The position numbers and the translations under genes are program-made. A model generated the notes under the pieces. That model did not search any database, was not told where the DNA came from, and worked only from the letters and a program-made list of their open reading frames with translations. This document shows positions 12,549 through 22,360 of a stretch of 64,000 bases of DNA, in pieces (position 1 is the stretch's first letter; each line of letters begins with the position of its first letter). The stretch is from Trichosphaerium sp. ATCC 40318. Taxonomy: Eukaryota > Protista > Tubulinea. The stretch is taken from the NCBI GenBank assembly GCA_038496445.1, contig JALMLS010000510.1, positions 62,001 to 126,000 on the forward strand, in the 5' to 3' direction.

Positions 12549-13719
12549 CTAACTGATAAACAAGTTAAGACAACACAAGAATACCAAAAAGTTGACCACT
12601 AAACAACAAATAGAATTTAACGTATTTGATGAGGAGGGTGTAGCTACAGGTGCACTTGGCGTTTGTGTTGTTGGTGCAGTTGTTGGTGTTGCGGTTGTTG
12701 GTTGTACTGTTGTTTGTGATATTGGAACTGTTGGAACAGCAGTTGTTGGTGCTAGTGTCGCTGGAAGTAGCATTGGAGGTTGCGTTGTAGGAGGTTGCGT
12801 TGTAGGAGGTAGTGTTGTAGGTGGTAATGTTGTCGGAGGGGACGTTGTTGGAGGTAGTGTTGTGGGTGGTAATGTTGTTGGAGGGGATGTTGTTGGAGGT
12901 AGCGTTGTTGGAGGTAATGTTGTCGGAGGGGACGTTGTTGGGGGCAGTGTTGGAGGGAGCGTTGTAGGAGGTTGCGTTGTTGGAGGTAGTGTTGTAGGCG
13001 GTAATGTTGTTGGAGGGAGCGTTGTTGGTGGGGACGTTGTTGGAGGTAACGTTGTTGGAATCAATGTTGGTATCTCAAAACTTACAGAAAATTTATGTGG
13101 GGGTAAGCTTGACTGTGCCGCAGTTACAAAACTACAATACGAAAGAGTTTATATAAATTAACAGAGATTGTGCTATTCGAACATACCTGAATGACGTTGA
13201 ATCGAAAGTGATATTAGTTGGAGGGTTTGTAAAATTATGTGACAATATAGTAAATCCTCAAAGAAACGTTAGAGTACTTAGTTAGGCAAGCTCTAAATAT
13301 AGCATGTTTGGATAGGTACCTCCTATTACTGGTTGATCCATCACACACTCCATTATAAGAGTTGCTGTTTGGCCACTCGTGAAGGTTTCAAGGTCGTATT
13401 GTAAGGAATTTGAGTTAATATCAATTGTATGCTGTATTGAACCTGTAACTAGATACTCTATAGCCGTATCATTAACGATAAAGTTAGGGTTGTTTGGTTC
13501 ATTAGAACTAGAAGATAAAAAATCATTGAAGCCTGGAACACGCAATGTACATATCCCTGAATCGCCTTCGCCTATGTGGATAGGTTAATGAAATGTTACT
13601 AAAAACAGTGCAGCACTCTTTGGTTGTTGTAGCGCTATACAGCTTCTTTGAAATATGTACGTACTTAGAGAAAGCGTTAATGTGAACAGAGTACATAAAC
13701 ATAGAAGTGCTTTAATCAT
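12549..13719 (-). CDS. GPI-anchored mucin-like surface protein, copy A (signal peptide, beta-domain, long PPTT stalk, hydrophobic C-terminus); 4 exons
   Basis: MIKALLCLCTLFTLTLSL signal and three GT-AG introns giving an open frame. About 19 PPTT(L/S/Q) units; ends SSSNTLNSICCLVVNFLVFLCCLNLFIS*. Confidence 0.8.
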
Positions 13720-13804
13720 CGTGAGAAAATGATAACAATAGATCATCTAATTGACAAAAATAGTAACCAAAATAAAAATTTCAATTAAAAAAAAACTGTT
13801 GCAG

Positions 13805-14238
13805 AGAAATAATTCTGTGTTGTATATGTCGGATGAGTATCTATATGTAGGCGGTGGCGCCAGTGATACTATTGTAAGATAAAAGCAAGCACTCCGTGTC
13901 ACGCGACATTGACACTCTATTTTTAGAATATATACAACTGGAATGGAATTGTGTTTTCTTTAGTTGATGGCTTTGTTATACCGGATGTAGACAGTAGTAC
14001 AATAGGTCCTTATACCAACTATACAATAACCTTTGTACTTGAACATTTTCGTAATTTAATTTTTGCGGCTTCCACTTTTATTACAGAGCCTTTAAAAAAC
14101 TCTGATTTTTATCCTATTTTTGAGAAACTACCACAGTCGTACTACTGGTTTTTACCCAATTGTCAGTTTAATAACACAAGCTTGTGGCTCCTGTGTCCAC
14201 ATCTAATATTCGTGCTCTTAATAATGAGTTATTCCTAA
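13805..14238 (+). pseudogene. Orphan two-exon reading frame (small gene or gene fragment) divergent from the mucin gene
   Basis: Acceptor at 13804 and GT-AG intron 13874-13926 join RNNSVLYMSDEYLYVGGGASDTI to NIYNWNGIVFSLVDG... in frame. The homologous sequence in copy B carries deletions. Confidence 0.4.
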
Positions 14239-15900
14239 TATAGAAGGTAAATGGTGTAAAGAAACCGTTTTGTAACACCTGGTTTCTAAATTTAGCGATT
14301 GTAAAATACACTTTTACCGACAGCTTGTTCTACTGTACGGTTTCAGAAAGCTTTCGGTTTTGTTGCCGAAATTACGGTAGATTAGCACTGGAGCTCTAAG
14401 AAACTGGTTTTCTACATAACTTGGCAATTCATAAACAGTTCGGTTATGGTTGCGGTGTAAAGGAAAAGTTGTTGGCATTGGAAGCCACTAGACACGTTTT
14501 TACATCCAAACTACTCTCAAATGCTGTTAAAAAACAGCAATCTACAAGTTGAGTGAAAGGACAAACTATTGTCATTGACTCAATTTTTGCTACAGTTTGA
14601 CCTGTGCTGGTGAAGCACAAAATTAGTAGGACTTCAGTAGTCGAGGTTAACCGGCTTTCAAAACCTAAACGCTTAACCGTTTGTAGCTGGAAAAGTATGA
14701 CCTCTAATTTGTACTAACCCGTATTTTGCAGATGCAAATACCACATGTACACTTTTCAGTGTATCAGTAAGTTGTAGCCTACAATTCTTTTTGAAGTGCA
14801 CAAACTTCTTTAGTAAGTAATGCCTTGACTAATTATTCGAGATGGTAGTGAACAGAGCAATGTTCACTCTTGTTCAACCATGCAAGATATGCATTCGTGA
14901 AACATGCCACACCTTATGTAATTTACATGCATGCTACAAATCAGGATTGGTAAAAAGTAGGCTATTGTTAATATAAAATAAGCGTATTCCAGGTTAAACC
15001 TAATGTTCTTCTGTTGTGAATACAAGCAATAATACTCCATTCGAACACAAAAACCCACAAATCCAATAAATATCAGCCCATCAAATTGACCAATTTTCGA
15101 CTGTTTACTGTCGCAGCCAATGTTCATGAAAAATGGAAAAATATTTTAGTAATGTGTACTGCAAATATTACATATTCATTCATAAGTGAAGAACATTAGG
15201 CAGAGCCATGGTTTCAAAAGCATGGATATGTAATAGTGTACTTTGAAGATAAGAGAACTGTCACTATTGTGGCTAACGAAACATAAGGTATAAACTCTCC
15301 TTTACCAAAACACCACAACGAATTGTTTTCTGCATGAATGGTCAAAGACAAGCCATTTTTGCCTAATTGGGTAGTTATTCCTTTTAGGTTGGATACTTTG
15401 AACAGAGTGCAATAAGGAAGTTAACTTGTAACAGTTATGTATCGCATAAATACAAGCTCATTAGGTATATTACTAGCAACCTTTGCTGGTACACTCTTTT
15501 TTAGACGAAGTTTTGTTGTAAGATCTCAAACCACTGATAGCTATTCAAACAAAGGGTCAACTGTCTTCGAATCTTGAAAAAGATGTTGCTTTTGTGTTAC
15601 AAGGTACCACGTACGACTACCCCAATAAGAATAACGACATGCAACCGTACTTTGTATCTTGGAGCCAGCGTAGATAATATCAGAGCGTTAGCACGGTCTA
15701 CCACAGAATTTGACCCAGCCCAGTGATAGACTTAACACCTGAAAGGCAACGCTCTGCTCTCATTTTAGCTGAATTTGCCACGTCATGACTTAAACAATCG
15801 CTCAAGCTAACAGCTTTGAATCACGCCATTGTTTTAAAGAAAATCACGTGCCAGTAAAGGATCTGCAAATATAATAACTACCCTTTTACGAGACGATATT

Positions 15901-16912
15901 ATGCTTTCATCCTCAAAACGTGTTAAAATCAATGACATTGCCAGTATGAGTTTACTACAACTGCCTACAGAGATATTAGCACATATACTACGCTAAACAA
16001 CCAAATCGCGATTTGCAGCTTGCCAAACATGCCACTTGTTTGCATCTATCGTCCATGATGTTATCGGATATGAAACTATCAGGATTACAACAGTAATTCA
16101 AGCGGAATCAGTTCTAAAACATCAGGGCATTCTCAGACACACTAGAATCGCGCTTAATGGTGACTTTGATGACAATATTATAAAAAAGTTTGCAGGTGTT
16201 CATACTATTCTCCTTAGTCATACTTCAGTATCAGATGAAGGTGTAAAAGCACTTGCTGGTGTTCATGAAATTAGTCTTGGTAACACTTTAGTAACAGATG
16301 AAGGGATTAAAGCGCTTTCTGGAGTTCATACTATTGACCTTAAGGACACTTCAGCAACAGGTAAGGATAGTAAAGCGCTTACAGGTGTTCATACAATTTA
16401 TACTTGCTAACACTTTAGTCACAGATGAAGGCATTAAATGGCTTGCAGGTGTTCATGTGATAAACCTTCGGGGCACTTCAGTTACAGATGAAGGTTTAAA
16501 AGCACTTGCAGGTGTTCACACTATTGATCTTTGTATAACTGCTGTAACAGATGACGGCCTTAAATGGCTTGCAGGTGTTCATACAATAAACCTTGGAGGC
16601 ACTTTTGTTACAGATGAAGGCATTAAAGCTCTGAAGGGTGTTCATACGATAAGTCTTCTGGGCACTTTACTTACAGATGAAGGCATTAAAGCTCTTGCTG
16701 GTGTTCATGTGATAAATCTTCAAAGAACTTCAGTTACAGATGAAGGCATTAAAGCTCTTGCTGGTGTTCATACGATAAATCTTGAGGGCACTTCAGTTAC
16801 AGATGAAGGCATTAAAGCACTTAAAGGGGCGAATTACATTGATGTCAGGCATACTCTAGTAACAAAAGAAGGAGCTGAAGCACTAATTGGAACCGGCATT
16901 TTTTTATTTTAA
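15901..16912 (+). pseudogene. F-box + LRR pseudogene (GVHTI family), paralogue of 11074
   Basis: CAA>TAA stop at 15994-15996 within the F-box and a +1 frameshift at ~16401; 10 GVH repeats plus C-cap. Confidence 0.85.
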
Positions 16913-17166
16913 TTTGCTCCCAAATCTAAGCTGAATACATCAAGCTGTAGCTCTACTGAAAGGTGACGGATGGTAGTCATTTTTCATTAGATTGTTAACA
17001 TGTTTAAGGGTAAAAAAGCAATCACCTAGAACTTGGCATTGTATGTAATCCTAATTAAATAAATATGCTCGAGATTGTTTATTCTTGTTTTTCCAACAAT
17101 AAAGTACAGTAGTCCTAAAAGCAAATTCTTGAATTTGAGTACTTTTTCACGTGATTTCAGGACTCC

Positions 17167-18302
17167 TCAGAATTTCTGAGTCCCTGCTTTTTCCAGGACT
17201 CTCTAACAATACAAGTCATAAGCTCATCTACATTTCGACATGTCTTGGCTGACGTCTCAAAGAAAGGAACCTTGTATTGATCTGCCAGAGCTTGAAACAC
17301 AATTATGAGAAGATGTAAATTTTTTTATTTTATATCAAATGCTTGGCTCACCTTTCCCTTCTTGAGTACTCACTTTTCTTCTTCCATCAAGATCCACTTT
17401 ATTCCCAGCAATAATAACTGGTATCTTGTATCAATAATTAGCTTACAAGACTTTCACAATATCCAATTTACCTTTTCGAAATCAAGTGTTTCTTTTACCC
17501 TCAAAATATCTGGTATATGTGTTGAGATGCATTCTTCAAAACTCTGTCTATTGAGTATAGAATACCCGACAACGAACATATCATATTCTTGTAGATACGC
17601 TGGCCTCAAAGCAGAGTACTATGAAATTCTTACATAAACGAATAGACCTGTGCAGCTGAGTACTTACCTCTTCCTGCCCGGCAGTATCAAGAATTTCTAT
17701 ACGAATGAGCTTTCCATCCACCATGTATTTCTTGCTGCAATGAAATGAGCTGTCACAAAGTACCTACTGTTCACAGCGTACGCATAAGACTAAATAGAAT
17801 ATTAATTTCATTGCTACAATCAAGTGGCATCACGTACGTCTTCAATAGTTGGATCATAATTTGGAACCTACAAATCGTATTTTAACAAGAAAATCAAACC
17901 GTTTCGAATCACGTGCGAATTCGTTGGTCATAAATTGGATAATGAAAGCAGACTTGCCAGCGCCTGTAACCATTAATTATTTTCTCACGAAAAACAATTA
18001 CTACTTGACATACCGCCAACACCAATAAAACATACTTTCATGCTAGCGTCGACGCCTCGAACGAAGTTTAAGTTCTGTCAGTGATTAGAAACTTACAAAC
18101 AACAAGAAAAATGTACCCTATCCTTTGCTATGAGTTTAACTACCGCCTCGCATTGTTTACAAACAGTTTTGATATCAATAAGGGTATTATTACTACATTC
18201 ATCCAATACCGCCTTCAATACTTTTCTTGGTAACTGTAAAAGCGGAAAAGACTTTTTAGAACGCTTTTTGTTCTTTTTTGTTTTCCTAATCTTATTACCC
18301 AT
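17167..18302 (-). CDS. F-box / Ras-family GTPase fusion protein
   Basis: Exon 1 is MGNKIRK...LLQLPRKVLKAVLDEC...IKTVCKQ (F-box). Spliced exons give GVGGAGKS, YDPTIEDSY, DTAGQEEYSALR, GNKVDL and ETSAK; ends KAGTQKF* with no CAAX. Confidence 0.85.
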
Positions 18303-19020
18303 CCCTTTTGACTATTCACTTGGTTTTTATGAGTCTTAGTATGTATGGGTATTATTGCTCGCGTTTTATGAATTCTGAAATATCATGTCACGTGTGCACA
18401 AATTTATTCTGTAAATTTTTCCGAACAGATTCGTGTGGGGGACAATCCTGTTTTTTCTTGTTCATATTTGTAGTAAAAATACATGTCAATAAAAGTTCAT
18501 TTGTGCTTTAAACTAATGGTTCCAGATAATTGTTGTATTTTCCTAATTGTTTGTGAGTCTCCGTTTTACCTAGTAATTGTTTTGCTTGTTCATTTTAGCT
18601 CTTTAGCTCCACTAAACGCCGGTGTATTGGTAAATAAAAACGGATTAATTGGTTTGCCATGTGTACCTGTTTTGGAACAATTTCTCTTTCACACATTTTT
18701 TTTTTTTTCAAAACTTACTTTGTCAGCAGAAAGTTGAAGTGAACTTCAAAGCAGCATTGTCACGCAGGCTAAAGCGTTGATATTCTCAGTTGAGGATTGA
18801 AACGGTAGTTTGTTGTTTGCAGTAGATTTTTTCACACTTGCTTGATACGGACAAAACGACCATGACATTTACAAGTCATTAGAGATATACATATGTAAAG
18901 TAATGTTAAGACATTAGACTGTTAGTTAATTTGCTATGTGATGAAAAAAAACAATTACTAACAGAGACTTTTTTGTGTTGAAACGGTTGTAAAAAAAATT
19001 TCCTTTTTTTTATTTATTAT

Positions 19021-20443
19021 TTATTGCTCAACAACAGTAAATGTGTTATCACATTCAGCCAATTTGTATGAATCAGCATGGATGGATCCGCATTCACCTT
19101 CACATACTTCAACCTTGGTCTTGTATACACCAGGTGGGAATGGGTAGAACTAACACGAAGATTAATAAAACGCATAAAAACCCAAAGTAGCACGTGAGCA
19201 TTTTTTTTTCGAAGAAAAAGAATTGTAGTAGTTTGAATTGCATTCGGAAAGGATTTAACGTACTTGTTGTGGTTTCAATTCAAAGGTGACACCAATGGAG
19301 TATGTACCAGGTTGTTGGTCAATGATGTAGTGACCGTAACCTTCAAAAAAGAGTCAATCAAAAATGAAATTCAACAAAAGAGTCCCAAGCAAAGCTTGAC
19401 GTACCGACAGGAATACCCTTGGTTGGGAAGATGGAAAAGTGGACTTGACCGGTACCAGTGGCGTTGGTGATCTTGTAGAAAGCTTCAAGGGTAACTTTGC
19501 TACCTACACAACCTTGTTAGCACTCCAATACCGAACTAAAAAAAACTAGAAAGAAGAATGCGGAATTGCTGTATTGTGTACCTCTCTTGACAGTTCTTGG
19601 TTCAACGTTGCAGTTAGCAATAGAACCAGCAGCGTGCTCGGTGTAAGGACAGACTTTGAGGTCTTCACAGGCAATAACTGGCTCAGGATCAATTCTAGAA
19701 GATCCGTTAGAAGTGGTTTTCATCAAATTGTTACGGTTTACACCCAATTCGTTACGAAACGACTTGGAAGTCAACTAGATATGCTACGTACGTATCAACG
19801 GCCTTAATGAAACCTTCAACACCGACAGCATCGCAAACTAGGTTGCATGCAGCACTTTCGAGTCTGTTATGGATTTGGGAGCACAAGGCATCGCAAGATC
19901 CCAAGACACCGCTGTCTAATCAAGTTATTAGTCGTTTTCACCCCGAAAAATGCAACTGCGGCTTTCGGAACTTCTTTTAGAAAATACGCCCTTGTAAGGC
20001 GCTTATCAGCGCCTCAGGCAATGCAACGATTGCAAGAGCTGGTGTTTTAATCAAAAGTAGCACAAAAAGAGCTAAAATGGACTCAGGAAAAGTCGAAAGA
20101 TAGTTCTTTCTCTAAAAAGGCTTTGTTTCGTTTAAAACTACTCGTTTCAGGTTTACGTACTGACGATAATCTCAATAACTTCGTGGATGGTAGAGCCCAT
20201 AAATTCTAGCTAAAAGCTGGAGTAAGAAGGTCGTTTCTTTGGTCGTTGCAAATAAAAAACCCGCCCGCAGGAAGTTTACTCCGAAAGCGGTTTATTGTAT
20301 CGTAGAGCTGATGTACGTACACAGACGTTGCAAACTTCATTTCCCTTGGTAGCGGCAACGCTAGCAGAAAAAGGGGTGATTTGCGTGGAGATAGCAGCAA
20401 ATGATACAGCTAGGACAGCGAGGACTAATAGTGCGAGTTTCAT
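19021..20443 (-). CDS. Countin-like secreted protein (saposin-like domain + C-terminal beta domain)
   Basis: Signal peptide; CNVCVQFM...IIVNSGVLGSCDALC...CNLVCDAVGVEGFIKAVDTIDPEPVIACEDLKVC; C-terminal CEGECGSIH, matching the pattern of Dictyostelium countin. Confidence 0.8.
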
Positions 20444-20604
20444 GGTGTCTAACAAGGAAAAGTCTACGAAATCACCTAAGTTAGTATAACGTTAAGTCAA
20501 TCATAGGCTAATGCTAGCATATTCCTATTTTGGAAAGTTCCTCCGTAGTTGTACAAACACGTTAATGCATTGGTGTAGATGATGAGTGACGCGAATATCA
20601 TAGT

Positions 20605-22153
20605 CTACAAAGATTCTAACAAAATGACTCGTTTTCGTTTATGGATACCAGAAGTAGCCCTTACACTTCTTTGTTTGTACTTTGAACTGGCTTAACATCG
20701 TCTTTGTTTTGAGTTCACAGTTTAGTTTATTAGTGATAGTACTAACGTTTACCGTGTGGCAGAACCGTATGGAGAAAGTACTGGAGACCTTAAGAGACAA
20801 CAAGATAAACCAACCAGAAACGCTTGTGTAACTTTTTTTTGTAATTTTTTTTATTGTTAATCGTCTAATTCGACATTACCTTCAATATCGCCATTGATGC
20901 TTTGCATAAGCTCAACTTCATCGTCTTCACTTTCTACATTTTCCAAAGGTATAGCTGTACCGATTGTAGCTTCCTTTTTCTTCTTCAAATACCGTCTAAC
21001 TATCAAAATGATAGCAACAACTAAAAAGAAACAAAAATAAGCACCAAACTTCCAGTACCAAAAAAAAAAAAAAGTGAAAGGTCAAAATGTCAAAGAAATT
21101 ATGCTTGTTTTGTACCAACACCACAACAGAATACTAAACCGCCAAACAACTCAGCGAGGATAATAACTATAGCAATCTTTGGATGTAATCTGAACTGTGT
21201 ATTAGGGCATGTCATGTGGTATTTACAGCTGGTAATACCGGCTTGTAATGTGCACTGCTCCTAAAAGAAAAAAAAAAAAGTCATCACAACAGAAATCAAC
21301 AAATCCACAAAAAACAAGCGTACGACAGCCTTCTCATTGATAGATTTGATATCAAGATTGTTATTACAATCTTTAGGTATACAATACGAGCTTGTAACAA
21401 GAACTAAATTAAACAATCAGTGGTGTGACATGAAAGATTTGGGAGAAGAGCTTTAACTTACTTTCATATTTTGGAGTGTAGACAGTTCCTTTCTCACTAC
21501 AAAGTTCTCCAATGAGAAGACAGTTTTCTCTGTAGGCTTTGGTAGGTTCTATATGACAATGAAAAGATGCTTCATCTTTGTGTGCATAGAAACACTGGAA
21601 GATAAAAAGTCAACAAACGATGCACGTGAAAGTCCGGTAAAAAAGACAAAAAAAAAGAGCCAAGAGCTGCCTTGTTAGCTTGGCGAAAGTCTTGCAACTA
21701 CCGTAGGTAGTTTTACATTAACACTGGCGTGTATGACACGCCGTGTGGGAAGAAAAACTGCAGTGTGGCGCGTGTCACATAATTCGTTTAAAAAGCGTAC
21801 CTTTGTCATTTCAAACGTTGTATGAGTCACTTCGCCTGTGTACCAAGCCGGAGTGTTGGCTGCGATTGACTTGAATGGGTTTAGAGACTTTTTGTTATGT
21901 TTTACACCCAGTAATACGTACGTTAAGAACGCGAGCGCAACCGCGTGTAACGTTTACTTTTATATCAAGTAGAGAACGTTTTAAATCTAAATAAATTGTA
22001 AACAAGCTAAACGAGCATATGAAAGGATATCAAGCCATGTTTTGATGGAATACGGCATTAACGTAAAACAATTGCACAAAATAACATACTCAATTGGTGC
22101 TGTGCTATACTGACGCATATTAATAGCGATATGAGAAGGATTGCTCGGAACAT
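20605..22153 (-). CDS. Type I single-pass membrane protein with Cys-rich ectodomain, unknown function (3' end uncertain)
   Basis: Signal MFRAILLISLLICVSIA; in-frame spliced exons with several Cys; TM IAIVIILAELFGGLVFCCGVVVAIILIV followed by RRYLKKKK. Confidence 0.65.
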
Positions 22154-22360
22154 CGTTGTGTAAACTGAATACTTGGACAACCGCTTAATCACTCTTAGCT
22201 TAAGTCAAACACTGTCACAAAACCTGACAACTACTCGCGTAGTACTCACTCAAAACGGCTTTTAAAATCTAATGATTTCGTGGTGATGAGTCATCAAAAT
22301 CAAGGTATTCAGAGAAGTATGCAGGGGCACGCGCTCAACAAGTTAAGAATTTAAATTGTT

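Larger units (their letters stand above)
12485..14700 (-). repeat. Inverted segmental duplication, copy A; partner 30517-32376 (+)
   Basis: The reverse complement aligns by eye with 30517-32376 across the gene and ~0.8-1 kb of upstream sequence. Confidence 0.9.

Noticed and set aside
12592-13161. Val/Gly-rich ORFs (also 2640-2999 and 31877-32266)
   Set aside because: Antisense shadows of the PPTT repeat exons.
15994-15996. In-frame TAA where the paralogue has CAA (possible stop-to-Gln recoding)
   Set aside because: TAA, TAG and TGA all terminate intact genes in the window, and this copy also has a frameshift.
17155-17190. Hairpin over the TGA of the F-box-Ras gene (readthrough or SECIS)
   Set aside because: Short palindrome only; the downstream frame gives no CAAX or recognisable extension.
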